This document shows positions 11,904-25,274 of a stretch of DNA of 64,000 bases, piece after piece. Position 1 is the stretch's first letter, and the number at the start of each line of letters is the position of its first letter. Where the stretch lies: assembly GCA_951406725.2 (NCBI GenBank), contig OX597815.1:23126001-23190000 (forward strand), in the 5' to 3' direction. This DNA comes from Octopus vulgaris (taxonomy: Eukaryota). A program made the translations under genes and the position numbers. The notes under the pieces were generated by a model. The model had not been told where the DNA came from. It saw nothing but the letters and a program-made list of their open reading frames with translations, and did no database searches.

Positions 11904-12812
11904 AAATTCTTAAACTATCTAGTTATAAATGTACATTTTGTGGCTTGGCCAGTCCTTGTAAAAAAAACCCACAAAACGAAACAAAACAAAAAACACTATA
12001 TATATCTCACAGTACTTCCGTTTTTCTGAATATTAATTCTCTACTGCACACTATTCAAAATAAAATTATTTATATTACACGAAATCAAACCTGTTAGGTA
12101 CCCTCAATGCCGATTGTATGAATGATGATCTTAATTCTAATGTATATATTTTGAGTATGGAAACTTTACAGACCTATTAGTGGTCTGATCTAACATTTGT
12201 TGTTATAATTCGTAGGTGAGGGCGAAACCTGTCTCGTAAAGTTTTTATTGATTGATCTTATTGTTAAGCATCACTATATAATCATGCAAAGAAATGTTAA
12301 GTCTCATAACATGCTTTAAAATGTATCCCTTGATTAAAGACATAACATGAATAAGCAGTTGAGATTTAGAGTTTGAATAGAAATTCTCTAAAATTGTTCA
12401 AAGATTGGATAGAAGGGAATTAACTGAAGAAAGGAAATATATTTTTTAGTCAAGATTACTAAGTCAATCTTTCCCCAACCAAAGCTCGTTTTAGCTAAAT
12501 TTCACTTCCTCTTATTACCTCGTTTGTCTGTAAATTATTTCTGTGTAATAGTACACAAGAAATACAATGTTAGATCTTTTTAAATATTAGAATGATGACT
12601 CGGAAAGACCAAAGTTTACTTTTGAATGTTAAATAGTGCCAATTTTGATATAATTATCTTCATTTAAACAAGTTATCCTCCAAAGCTAGGTTTAATGTTT
12701 TCTGAATTATAATAAACCTACAGCTTTATCAAAAACAAACACAAGCTAGTTAATCTAAAATTATGTATTTTATTGAAAACGAACTAGATACTTAGGTGTT
12801 TTCTCATTTTAA

Positions 12813-13338
12813 CCCTTTAAGCATTCAGATTACTTTGTCAAATGTAAAGCCTGTTTAATTACATCATCATCATCATCGTTTAACGTCCGTTCTCCATGCT
12901 AGCATGGGTTGGACGGTTCGACCGGGGATCTGGGAAGCCTGAAGGCTGCACCAGGCTCCAGTCTTATCTGGCAATGTTTCTACAGCTGGATGCCCTTCCT
13001 AACGCCAACCACTCCGTGAGTGTAGTGGGTGCTTTTTACGTGCCACCCGCACAGGTGCCAGGCGAGGCTGGCAACGGCCACTGTCGGATTGGTGCTTTTT
13101 ACGTGCCACTGGCACGGAAGCCAGTCGAGGCGGCGCTGGCATCGGCCACGATTCGGATAGTGCTTCTTACATTGTTTAAAATTAATTGTACATCTTGTAA
13201 CTCTGAGAGTTTGACGATGTCCCTGTTTATTTTTAATATGACTTTGTAGGGTAGGTGCGAGAAGTCAGAGCTAGCTGGTTTGAGCATAAAACAGGAAGAT
13301 ACTTTTGGCCTGATATGGCCGGTTTTAACACTAAAGGG
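12813..13338. mobile_element. piggyBac-type MITE with a nested RTE 3' end
   Basis: TTAA|CCCTTTA ... TAAAGGG|TTAA termini, with TTAA at 12809-12812 and 13339-13342. Confidence 0.7.
12862..13168 (-). mobile_element. RTE LINE 3' UTR fragment with (GAT)n tail
   Basis: (CAT)nCGTTTAACGTCCGTTCTCCATGCTAGCATGGGTTGG... is the reverse complement of the 3' end of the element at 181-1517. Confidence 0.85.
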
Positions 13339-13368
13339 TTAAAGTTAAATTAAAATAATTTGTATTTA

Positions 13369-13938
13369 GAAATATTAAATTTCTAAATCTCTCATAGAGA
13401 TATGCACGGTAGTGGGGCGATAGAATGGTTGTATACTGTAAATCTAACGTGAACGTGACAGTAGGGGGTTACACCACCGCTGTTTAGCCCTAGGAAGCAT
13501 CGATGCTTCCTAATGGCTTTGACACATTATTCCTGTGTCCTGTCACGTTCACGTTAGATTGACAGTATACAACCATTCTATCGCCCCACTACCGTGCATA
13601 TCTCTATGAGAGATTTAGAAATTTAATATTTCTGATTTTGGTAATCAGTGAATAAACTTCACTGAAAATTAGATATATACATTTGCGGATCGGGACAGAT
13701 ATTCGCGGCTGACGGGCGTCTGCTACTCTAGACCGATGAAGGACAATGATCCTGAAACATACGTGTCTCTAGATGCAGGCCTGGCTGCTGGGGGTGTTTG
13801 TCTCCCCTTCGTAAATGTATATAAGGACACAGGAATAATGTGTCAAAGCCATCAGGAAGCGTCGATGCCTCCTAGGGCTAAACAGCGGTGGTGTAACCCC
13901 CTACTGTCACGTTCACGTTAGATTGACAGTATACAACC
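13369..13938 (+). mobile_element. Non-autonomous hammerhead-containing element (retrozyme / Penelope-like) with inverted 5' segment
   Basis: A 12 bp direct repeat AATTTGTATTTA flanks it (13357-13368, 13939-13950). A 364 bp unit (13540-13903) is followed by a 35 bp restart of the unit. 13369-13540 is an inverted copy that crosses the unit junction. Confidence 0.75.
13727..13773 (+). ncRNA. Type I hammerhead ribozyme motif (U4C core variant)
   Basis: UCUAGA-CCGAUGA-AGGA(CAAUGA)UCCU-GAA-ACA(UACG)UGU-C-UCUAGA. Stems I, II and III all pair, with a GUC triplet and predicted cleavage after 13767. Confidence 0.75.
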
Positions 13939-14431
13939 AATTTGTATTTAATTACTTGGTTATTTGTAATCGACCTAATATATTACGTTTGTCTAACACG
14001 CAATGAACATCAGTCAACCTCAAGATAAGATTAAGCTCTTAGATCATTAGTTTAGATATTTTAACCTCAGCTATAAACTGAGTTGTAATTTAACCAGAGC
14101 TGTAAACTGGGTTTTTTTATTGAGATCATCGAAACAGATTACTGCCATAGATTATGATCTAGCTGAGATAATCGTAGTGAACTATGATACTGAAATAGAA
14201 CCATCAACTTCATTGGAACGAATGTTTCTTTTCTTTTAATCATCGAAGTGGTACAGGATGGCTATATCAGCACCCCCACACACACTGCTACCTGTGTGTG
14301 TATACATACATACATACACACATATATAAATGTAAAAAAATGTATGTAAAAAGTTCCTTTTACTTCTACATTCCAATTTTAGTATATGTATTGCCGCTAT
14401 ACATGTTTGTGTGTATGTGGATATATATATA

Positions 14432-14602
14432 GACGCAGGAGTGGCTGTGTGGTAAGTAGCTTGCTAACAAACCACATGGTTCCGGGTTCAGTCCCACTGC
14501 GTGGCATCATGGGCAAGTGTCTTCTGCTATAGCCTCGGGCCGACCAATGCCTTGTGAGTGGATTTGGTAGACAGAAACTGAAAGACGTCCATCGCATATA
14601 AG

Positions 14603-14633
<31 letters not shown>

Positions 14634-14810
14634 TTGCTTGACAACTGATGCTGGTGTGTTTATGTCCCCGTCACTTAGTGGTTTGGCAAAAAGAGACCAA
14701 TAGAATAAGTACTGGGCTTACAAAGAATAAGTCCCTGGGTCGATTTTCTCGACTAAAGGTGGTGCTCCAGCATGGGCGCAGTCAAATGACTGAAACAAGT
14801 AAAAGAAAAA
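14432..14810 (+). mobile_element. Full-length tRNA-derived SINE (second family) with internal (TA)n(TG)n
   Basis: A-box-like TGGCTGTGTGG, B-box-like GGTTCAGTCCC, a TGGGCAAGTGTC core and the tail CAAATGACTGAAACAAGTAAAAGA. Other copies are at 20924, 54546 and 61369. Confidence 0.85.
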
Positions 14811-14832
14811 GATAATGTATATGTGTATATAT

Positions 14833-14973
14833 ACGTTAGGAAGAGCATCCAGCTGTAGAAACTCTGCCAGATCAAGATTGAAGCCTGGTGCAGCCATCTG
14901 GTTCGCTGGCCCTCAGTCAAAATTGTCCAACCCATGCTAGCATGGAAAGCAGACGTTAAACGATGATGATGAT
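14833..14973 (+). mobile_element. RTE 3' UTR fragment
   Basis: CGTTAGGAAGAGCATCCAGCTGTAGAAAC...GACGTTAAAC(GAT)n. Confidence 0.8.
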
Positions 14974-15049
14974 ACATGTGTGTGTGTGTGGATATATATA
15001 TATATAATGTAATATAATTTCAACAATTGAGGGTAAAATTAATTAATTA

Positions 15050-15408
15050 TTTGTGTGTTTCTGTGTGTCTGTTAGGTTGTACCCTCACCCTGACCACGGC
15101 TTTCAACCGATTCTGATGAAACTTGACACACACATAGCCCAATGTCATAATTCAAAACTAACGCAGCGAAAATTTTGAAAAGTTCCCCCAGTTCTGAAAA
15201 AAATCGATAAATTCGACATGGGGTCGAGAATCAGAAACACAAACCACAGACTGTCTAGGAGACGCAACTCCACCTTTTTAACTCTCAAAAATAAATTTAC
15301 CATAATTTTTTTTTCCATTTTTTTGCTATTTTTTTGGCTATAACTCTCTAAAAATGCTTTATAGTTATTTCCCTTACAAACCCGAGCAACGCCGGGCGAT
15401 ACTGCTAG
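15050..15408 (+). mobile_element. Non-autonomous Helitron-like element (5' end uncertain)
   Basis: Subterminal hairpin CCCGAGCAACGCCGGG followed by CTAG|T at 15405-15409. Confidence 0.65.
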
Positions 15409-16077
15409 TATATATATATATATAGTTTTTTTTATTAATACTGAAGCTGAGAGTTTGTTTTGCAACTACAGTTTCATGCCACAGTGATCTTTGGTCAAGC
15501 TTTGCCTGAAGATTACAGTAGCATGACATTCAAGTCACGATAAAGACTCTCAGTTTCAGTTACAGTTAAAAACCATATCCTCTGTATGTATTGAGTGCTT
15601 CTTTCTCATTCACTTGATACTGAGCATCATCATCATATGTCCGTTTCCCATGGTTTGACAGGATCTGGCAAGTCAAAAGACTGCATGAAACTCTGCTTTG
15701 GCATGGTTTTTTATGGAGAAGAGTGGTATTGACAAACAAAAAGTTAGAGGAGAAACGTGCTACTTTAGGTAGAGAGAGAAAAGATGTGATAGGGATGAGA
15801 TATATATGTATGTTTGTATGCATATGTATATAGGACTTTGATGAATAGGAGGAGATTGAACCTTGATGGACTCTTACTGTCATGGTAAATTCATCACTGA
15901 AATTGTTGTTGACGCTGTTGCTGTTGAGTGAAGTGGTCTTCGTCCCAGAGCTCGCAAGATCGCGCCTCTGTAGTGGGAGAAGTCCGAAACATGGTCCTTT
16001 GCTATTTGTAAGACCCACAGAAGAGAAAGCAGGTCAACCCCTGACACCGAGAGCATCAACGGATGGATGAATGCTCA

Positions 16078-16336
16078 TCCAGGCTCGATCTGTAGAAAAG
16101 GCTTAGGTAGATACTCCATAAGGTGAATCCAGTGTAAGCTATGGACACATAAGAAGTGCAGCAATATCAAAGGGAGGCTAACTAGGAAAATAGTTTTTGT
16201 ATGTGGCAAATGCTCAGGTGCTATAAACACAGAAAATGTGCAGAGAACAGCTTCTGCCACATTACAGGGAGAAAAACTAGAAGTAGTTGATAGCTTCCAT
16301 TACCTAGGGGACCAAGTCAGTAGCAGGGGTGGATGT
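16078..16336 (+). mobile_element. Internal RTE fragment (PHD insert to FHYLG)
   Basis: Homologous to about 395-645; reads KLEVVDSFHYLGDQVSSRGGC. Confidence 0.8.
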
Positions 16337-16463
16337 CACACCCATAGTCAAGTATCTCCTTTTCTTAGCTGTCCTTTTAACCAGTTGGTAATACTCTTGG
16401 CTACCTTCTTCCTTCCAGATTTTACAAGCCTGTCTCTTAGCCTATATCTCCCTATTAGCCATA

Positions 16464-16686
16464 TCTATTTCTTTACTACCCACAAGGGGCTAAACACAGA
16501 GGGGACAAACAAGGACAAACAAACGGATTAAGTCGGTTACATCGACCCCAGTGCGTAACTGGTACTTAATTTATTGACCCCGAAAGGATGAAAGGCAAAG
16601 TCGACCTTGTCGGAATTTGAACTCAGAACGTAACGGCAGACAAAATACGGCTATGCATTTCGCCCGGCATGCCAACGATTCTGCCT
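16464..16686 (-). mobile_element. tRNA-SINE, same family as 1605-2101
   Basis: Body and most of the head are present. Confidence 0.85.
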
Positions 16687-16769
16687 ATTAGCCATATCAT
16701 TCAATAACACTGTTACTTTCAGCTTGGCTGGCACTTTGCTCCAACCACTTGTTGTCCATGGGGACTCCT

Positions 16770-17700
16770 ATTGTTGATGATTTAGTCCCTATAGCTGAAT
16801 CTATAGGAGAATTAGAAAGGAAATTCCAGACATGGAAACTAAATCAAGAATTGGGAAGTTTAAAGGTAGACTTAACAAAGACAAAAGAAGACAGGATCCT
16901 GATATCTTCAGAAAAGTGAACTTGTTTGATGTGCAGAAAAGGTGTTGGTATAAACTCCATATGCTCTACCCAATGTAATAGACACACAAGATTTCTATTG
17001 GAATCACAGACAAACAGAACTTAAGCTTACTATATGATAGATGCACTGGTGCAGTATGTACTATGAGCACACTGGACAATAGATGCTCTTAAATGCCCAG
17101 ATTGCTCAGTAGAAATAGTTGATAGCTTTTGTTACCTAGTAGGTGTTATTAGCAACAGAGATGGTTGCTCTGAAAGTATAGTAGCTTGAGTAAGAATGTG
17201 TTGGAGAGAAAATTCATGGAACTGCTCCTACTGCTGGCAATAAAGGTATTTTCCTTTAGAATGAAGGGTAGATTGCATGACACTTGTGTTAGAACTGCAA
17301 CACTGCATGGTAGTGAAACATGAGCAATGAATACAGAGGGCTTGAGAAGATTGGAAAGAAATGAAGTGAACATGCTCCATTGGATGTGCAAATTTAGTGT
17401 GTGTGACCAACATAGTAGAAATGTGCTGAGAGAAAGAAAACTTGGCATGAGAGAAATCAGATGTGGTGTACAAGAAAGAAGACTGTGCTGGTATGATATG
17501 ATACATATGAATGAAAGCAGCTGTATAAAGAAGTGCTGATATTAATGTTGATAAAATTTGAAGAGGGAGACCCAGGAAGATATGGGATGAAGTGGTAAAG
17601 GCTGATCTTGGGACCTTGAGCCTCACAGAGATAACAAAGGGCTGGGGTGACTGCCAATTTGTTGTTCTTGAGAAGAACCCTTCCTATCTCAGTGAAATTG
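16770..17700 (+). mobile_element. Older, diverged RTE copy (RT C-terminal half)
   Basis: Colinear with 200-1130; reads EGLRRLERNEVNMLHWMC and RCGVQERRLCWY. Confidence 0.75.
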
Positions 17701-19040
17701 AGTCCTGGAAGTGCTGTGTCTGTGTGATCATTGTTTAACGTGTTCTCCATGCTGGCATGGGTTGGACAGTTTGACAAGAGCTGGCAAGCTGGAGGGCTGG
17801 TCCCAGTTCTGTTTGTTTTGGCATGGTTTCTATGTATGGATGCCCTTCCTAATGCCAATCACTTTACAGAGTGTGCTGGCTGCTTTTTCTGTGGCACCAT
17901 CATCGGTGGGGTTACCAAGTTTCTTGCAAAGCAAGACAGTCTTCTTGACTGGAGATGGGGGAGTAGTATTGAGGAACGTAGGTTTGAGCCAGTTGATGAG
18001 AGTTGACAAGAATAATAGAGGGACTTTGCGATAGAAGTGATACAAGGATATTCCAGTTAGAGAAGGGAGAAGGAGACTTAGAGAGAAAGATAGACATGGA
18101 AAGATGGTGGTAGATGTGTCAGGACATACCTTCAAGGATTGGCTGAGAGAGAAAACTGAGCCCTCTGCCCAATCTCCTAAAAATATTCCCACTACACATC
18201 AGCTCTCTAACTGAAGTTCTTCCTTGATTACTACATATTTTTCTTATTACTTGGTACCATTTCACTTGTTCTCCATCCTTCATCCATTAACACTGTTCTC
18301 TCCACCCACAGTTTACATTGATCACCCCCATCCCACTGTACTACCAAATTATTTCTTCCCTTCTACCACCATATGTAAGTCACTCATGCACTATGCCTAC
18401 CTCACCCCTTCCCTTCTGCAGCCTATCCAAACACATGTTATCTCCTACTTGTCCTTCCCCTATCTATTGTGTCATCATTGCTATTCTGCTGCTCTTTTAG
18501 TCATCCTCTACTACTCACTGTATGCATTATTAGTCCTCCCCCACCCCTTGTCCACCATTCATTACTTTAACCCTACACAATCTCTACAATTGTTTCCTAC
18601 CTTCCTTTCTCTTTTCTCTATTTCAGTCTCTCATACACTCTTGCAACCTCTATTCACCTACATTCTGGGGTTTCTCTGTCCTCACTCTTACTTACCACAT
18701 ACCTTGAAAGTCCACCCAGATATCTCATCACCACTCTTCTAAAATGTGAGTTGTCCTAAGTTCCCCTACAGCAAGAAGCCTGCTCTGGCCTCTTTCATAC
18801 TCTTAACTCCTCATTTAGCATAAAGCTGTCTACCCTTTGGGAATTGTTGTCTTGCAATCTCACTAGTTCTGGTGACACACACACACACAAAAAAAAAAAC
18901 ACCTAGTATATGCGGTAAAGTGGTTGGCATTAGAAAGAGCATCCAGCCATAGAAATACCAAAGCAGACATTGGAGCATGATGCAGTCCTTGTACCCATGG
19001 GATCCTGTCAAACTGTCCAACCAAAGCCAGCATTGGAACA

Positions 19041-19407
19041 TCTCTCTATATATAAACGGCAAAATGTCTGTGTGTGTGTGTTCTTTATACAAATCCACAA
19101 TTTTTCTGTTAGAGGGCTCGCTCTTTCTATGGTCATTCAAAACCGTCCAGGGGTGGTCATGCAGATCTTTACATTTCCCCAGTCACCCCACAAAGCCATT
19201 AAAAAAATCAATAGACGTGACTTTTTTGTGAATTTTCTATCCAAAACCCAATCAGAATGCCCGAAACTTGATACGCCAATTGAATGCCAGCTAGCTGTAT
19301 GTGATTGGTTGGAAATTTGGACAGTACTCACGTGTATGTGCACACGCACACAGCTGTATATGCATGCACTAGCACTATGACCCAGCGTTGCCGGGTCATA
19401 GTGCTAG
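19041..19407 (+). mobile_element. Non-autonomous Helitron inserted into an RTE 3' fragment
   Basis: A|TC start (19040/19041), CTAG|T end (19404-19408) and the terminal palindrome ACTAGCACTATGACCC...GGGTCATAGTGCTAGT. The host RTE tail resumes at 19408. Confidence 0.8.
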
Positions 19408-19989
19408 TTGCTGTTTAAATGATGATGATATATGTATAGATGTGCATGTGTGTGTGTGTGAGGTTGATAAAAATAAGTATCTTCTACACATAGTGGAGAC
19501 AATATAATTTACAATATACTCTTGAAGGCATTGACCCAGTTACAAATGTTGAAACTAGTAAAAGAATGAAAAACATGCACGCGCATGAATGTATTTGCCA
19601 ACTCAATTTGATCACATATTACCCCATCAATGTCATATCTGATGTATTTCATCCTTAACCTTCCTGCTGGAAATGGCAGCCAAATCTTCAAATCACACCA
19701 TCTCCAGAAAGGATAATGTGTATTCATGGTTATGCTATATCTGAAAAGGTGGAAGTGGTGTCATAGTTAAAGCAACTTTGATGAGTCTAAACCAGAGCTG
19801 ACCAGGTATTAAACAAAACAATGAGATAAATGAAGCAGTTGAAGTTAGTCTTACTTCTACACTTATTTTCTCTTTTTTGATTTGTTTAGCTCTAGGTTTA
19901 CCCATAAGGGAAAATTTCCAAATAGTACTTGATGGTGCTTCTTTAAGTAGACATTGGACCTTCAGTAGCATACAGGACAGTTGGATGTT

Positions 19990-20222
19990 TCATCATCATC
20001 ATCATCGTTTAGCGTCTGCTTTCCATGCTGGCATGGGTTGGACGGTTCAACTGGGGTCTGGGAAGCTAGAAGGCTGCACCAAGCCCAGTCTGATCTGGCA
20101 GTGTTTCTACGGCTGGATGCCCTTCCTAACGCCAACCACTCCATGAGTGTAGTGGGTGCTTTTTACGTGCCAGGCGAGGCTGGCAAACGGCCACAATCGG
20201 ATGGTGCTTTTTACGTGCCACC
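19990..20222 (-). mobile_element. RTE 3' UTR fragment
   Basis: Same family as 12862-13168. Confidence 0.85.
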
Positions 20223-20923
20223 GATAGAGGGATAATTCTGTAAGATGACAAATTCACTTTGTGACTGAAGTAGAGGGAATGCATTAGTAGATTGAAGTTA
20301 TAATTATCAGGTTTGGCAGAAATTGAAGATAGGATCCTCTGGGATTGGTATATGAAAATTAGATGGAAATTATAGCTAACAAACAACAACAGGAAACTTT
20401 GGAAATGTGTAACATTGTGTGAGGTGTTCAAAGTTGCAAGGCATTGTGTAAAAACAAATAATTCATTCACATTTGTCTCTAGTGTAGGAAGAAACATAAA
20501 GACTGGAAAATTTGCATCAGGAATAATTGCTGAGCTGCTAGAAATGTCAGTCTGAATAAAAACAATAGTTTCAAGATTGCTGGCTGAGAATTATGCAGGA
20601 CAGTACTTTTCCCCAATGACTGCTTTGCTGGAATAATTGTTATCTGTTGCTAAGTAAAAGAAATAACACACAAGGATGAAGTATCTATAGGAGCTTCAAA
20701 TTAGTACAGTTTATTTTCAAGGGTGATGTAAGAGTTAATATAAAGCTAATACTATATCGTGTGAATCTGAATGACAAACAGTTTAAGTTTTCTACTAGGT
20801 CATTGTACCATATATTCTATATATTTCTGGTGAAGCATCTGCAGGAAAAGTCTATGACAAAGAATAGAGAATACTACCTTTCTTTAGAAGGGTTTAGAAA
20901 AACAGTGATTAATAGTATACTCT

Positions 20924-21120
20924 TGCTCTCTTTTACTTGTTTCAGTCATTTGACTGTGGCCATGCTGGAGCACCACCTTTAGTCGAGCAGATCGACCCCA
21001 GGACTTATTCTCTGTAAGCTTAGTACTTATTCTATCGGTCTCTTTTGCCGAACCGCTAAGTTACGGGGATGTAAACACACCAGCATCGGTTGTCAAGTGA
21101 TGTTGGGGGGACAAACATAT

Positions 21121-21179
<59 letters not shown>

Positions 21180-21345
21180 TATGACAGGCTTCTTTCAGTT
21201 TCCGTCTACCAAATCCACTCACAAGGCTTTGGTTGGCCTAGGCTATAGTAGAAGACACTTGCCCAAGGTGCCATGCAGTGGGACTGAACTTGGAACCATG
21301 TGGTTAGTAAGCAAGCTACTTACCACACAGCCACTCCTACACCTA
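20924..21345 (-). mobile_element. Full-length tRNA-derived SINE (second family)
   Basis: Reverse complement of 14432-14810 and 54546-54940. Confidence 0.85.
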
Positions 21346-24300
21346 TGGGGGAAATAAAAATACTAAATATAAATTACAGTATATATGAAACTACCAAATC
21401 AAGAGAGGCTTAGCAGTTAACTTAATGGGGAATGTGAAGCTTCTGGTAAGATGCTCTCTAATTCTTTTCTATTTTTTAGTCTTGAGAGATAATCACAAAA
21501 GAGTTGAGGACTGATTGCTTGTGAGAGCAATGTGTAGTTGATATGAAAGTTAATTATAGTTAAGCTAACTTGTATAATCATTATCATTTTAACATCCACT
21601 TTTCCATGCTTGCATGGGTCAGATGTAATTTGTTGAGGTGGATTTTTTTCAGCCATATGCCATTCCTGTTGCCAACCCTTACTTGTTTCCAAGCAAGGTA
21701 ATATATCCCCATGGCCAGACACATTTTCACAGAATATTGGATGACATTGACATTCATAACTATCACATGATATCAAAGCAAGACTCACACACGTGTGTTT
21801 CTTTCAGGTTCCATCTACCAAATGCACTCGCAAGGCTTTGGTCACTTGACAGGTGTAGAAGGCACTTGCCTAATGTACCTTTTATGACTACAAAAATTGT
21901 GGTGCGAAAGATCTTAATGTTTCTGCTTGAAAAATATGTACCTTTTCTAATTCTTAGCTCAGAGAGAATATCCAGCTCTAAAGTTACCCACTCTAATGTG
22001 GAAAATGAGATCATCACCACCATCATTTAACATTTGTTTTCCATGCTGGTATGATTTGGATGGTTTAACAGGAACTAGCAAGGGTAGGAGCTGTAGCAGG
22101 TCCCATTGTCTGTTTTGACATGGTTTTTACAGCTGGGTGCTTTTTACGTGGCACCATCAAGAGGGTCACCTAAGTACCTTGTAAGACAAGAAAAAGGAGA
22201 GAGACAGAAAAAAGGCAAAACCGCTTCAATTGGCAGTGGGGAGTAGTATTGAGGTGGTTGACTTTGTGCTAGTTGAGAAATCAAAAGTACAGAGGGACAG
22301 AGATAGTCATGGATACTCCAGTTAGAAAGGAGAGCGATAGTGAGAGAGATGATAGCAAAAATGAATTGGGACATACTCTTGTGGAGCTTTGTGGGTGGTG
22401 AAAATAGATGAAGTGATATGGAGGTGATTGCAGCAAATAAAGGAGAGAAGCTTAGGAGAGGCATGGAGATGGGGGTTGCAGTAGCTACATAAGGGCATTG
22501 AAGGTGATAGAAGATAAGTGAGGTGTTAATGATGGAAAACAGCACAGGGGGAGAAGGCACAGAAAGGAAGTGATTGGTGGGGACAGTTAAATGGGAAATG
22601 GAAGTGGTTTTGGGGTAAGGAAGAGAAGTATAAAACATGAGAAAAACATATTGGTCAAAAGTCACTTGGATATTTTTCTATGGTAAATAAATAGCTGAAA
22701 CCCAGGTATAGAACTAGGTTTTTTTTATTGTTTAATACTTGAAACCCTTATTTGAAATAAATATTGGCATGTTGTGAGTCAAATAAGAGATATTTAACTG
22801 AACCAAATGTCAAAATATTACAGTAATGGTTTCAGTGGCAATGCTTTACAAAATTAAATATTTCAATATTGTTATGCCACATGAAACTTCTCAGCTAAAT
22901 TGGCTTTTTTGAAGGAATGAAAAAATTAATAAATGGCATGTTTTAATTTTATGATACAGTGTAATGTATAAGCTAGTTGGTAATTTCTTTTGTTGTTGCT
23001 ATACTGTCTGGTACAACCCTCTTGTCAATATTTCAGATACTGTGTCTAGAATTACGTTATACAATGTCTTTTTTTTTTAAAGACTATAGAACCTGATTTA
23101 AAGGAAGATTTGGCTGTTACTTACTGCAGGTCAAGTGAATTTAGGACCTAGCTCTTGGATACATTGTTTGAGGGTAATAGTAGTGACATTGTTAGAGCTG
23201 GTGGTGGTGTTGGTTTGAAGTGACCAGAGGTGCTTTCACACATGACATGTATGTGATGATGTGCCTAATGGAGTTAAAAGGGATAATATGGGGAGACATT
23301 TGTATAATGTGTTAGTGGTAGTCATCATCATCATCATCGTTTAATGTCTGCTTTCCATGCTAGCATGGGTTGGACGGTTTGACTGTGGGCTGGCGAACCA
23401 GATGGCTGCACCAGGCTCCAGTCTTGATCTGGCAGAGTTTATGCAAAGTGGGCAACAAATATGGAGGCTCTCTCCATGGGAATACTGCTTACAGAATTGT
23501 GATGAAGAAGTGGAGGAAAGGAAGACTCCTCAGATTTGATACAGACTCTGTTGGCAAGAGACCAAAAGAATCATTTGCAGTTTGTGAGGTGAGAGAACTT
23601 GCTGACTATGCGATGTAGGGAGGCATCCTTTGTGTTTTGGTTGATGATCTTACAAGAATTGCAGTAATTGCTTGCTTTTAACTTAGGAGAAGTTGGGCTG
23701 GGTCTAACCAATAAATTCACAGCAACACAAAGGTGACCATACCCAGCAATCACATAATTCCAATGCAGAGATTATCAACCAGTTACAATTCCCTTGTTAA
23801 AGGGATTCAATCTGGCAATGATGATGAACTTTGGAGTTCGACACTAAATTCAAAGTGCTAACTCTGAGGTTTCACTCCAGACAAAAGTAGCCAAATATTC
23901 CTAACTTGCATAAGTCTGCCATTCTCATTGGACATGTTCCATGACTCTATAATAAGTTAATGCAAACGAACCAGTCAGCTGTTCAATTGACCCGATGAAT
24001 AATGCATAAATGCGCAATTCCTCCATGTTAGTGTGTCAAAACAATGCTGCAATTAGCAAATGACACTGTTATTGTTATTTTAATGAATATTATTTTTTTC
24101 TGTATTACTTCAGTTAATTCATGAAATAGGAAGTAGTAATATTAAATGTTTTTTAACATGTCATTTTATATATATAGCTCAATGGAATTCTTGGCTTTTA
24201 AGCAAAATGATCAGTAACTTTACTAGAAATTTTTTGGTTTTCAAATATTATTGAAGGGAACATTTCAGTATCAATGCTTTTATGGCATATTAGATCTACC

Positions 24301-24579
24301 CGAAGCATATTTACATGGGTTTGGAAAAGAAGGAGCTGTATAAATTAGTTTGTTTCCATTGTACGTATAGCAGTAGCATATAATTTCAGTTTGCTGAATG
24401 GCAAAACGAGGCTACTGTGAATTGAATGCTGCATATTTGAGGGACTGATTTTCAAGCTGCAAATCCTGTCTTACAAGTTTCAAAAGTCTGGAATCCTACT
24501 ACAGTAGTTATAAATTTACTAAGTCCTCCATTCTTCAAAAAATATGGAGAAGGCTATAATGAATTAAATAATATGTTAA

Positions 24580-24920
24580 CAATTGTAGTTGTGATACCAG
24601 TGCCAGTGGCACGTAAAAGAACCATCCGAACGTGTCCGTTGCCAGTGGTGCCCCGACTGGCCTCCATGCTTGTGGCACATAAAAAGCACCAATCGATCGT
24701 GGTTGTGGCCAGCCTCGCCTGGCACCTGTGCCAGTGACATGTAAAAAGCACCCACTACACTCATGGAAATGGTTGGCGTTAGGAAGGGCATCCAGCTGTA
24801 GAAACACTGCCAGATCAGACTGGGGCCTGGTGCAGCCTCCTGGCTTCCCAGACTCCAGTCGAACCGTCCAACCCATGCTAGCATGGAAAGCAGACATTAA
24901 ACGATGATGATGATGATGAT
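24580..24920 (+). mobile_element. RTE 3' UTR fragment
   Basis: Same family; ends (GAT)n. Confidence 0.85.
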
Positions 24921-25274
24921 GAATTAGGCATGACTGTGTGTTTTCCAACCACATAATTCTGATTTCAGTCCCACTGTATGGCACTTTGGGCAAGTTCATC
25001 CTACTATAGCCCCAGGCTGGCCAAACCCTTGTGTATGTATGTATGTATATGATATATATAAATAAAGGTGACAAGCTGGCTTCTCACCATTTCTTTCAGT
25101 TTTACATTCTGAGATCAAATTCTGCTGAGGTCAACTTTCTTTTATCTTTTCGGGGTTGATGAAAAAATAAGTACCAGTTGCCCACTGGGCTCTTTGTAAT
25201 CAACTAGCTCCTCCCCAACCCAAATTTCAGGCTTTCTGCATATAGTAGAAAGGATATGCATACATACATATGTG

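Noticed and set aside
12896-13249. Recurrent ORFs beginning MLAWVGRFD...[11 protein letters not shown]
   Set aside because: They are antisense readings of the RTE 3' UTR repeat, with frames not preserved between copies.
15938-16072. Hammerhead-like CUGUAGU-GGGA(GAAG)UCC-GAAAC-AUG-GUC
   Set aside because: There are two core mismatches and no adjacent stem I. The segment ends in a (GGAT)n-like tail and looks more like a LINE 3' end.
18224-18742. 172 aa ORF, and the 173 aa ORF at 22144-22665
   Set aside because: Pyrimidine-rich degenerate repeat sequence gives L/S/P/F-biased frames with no recognisable domain or splice support.
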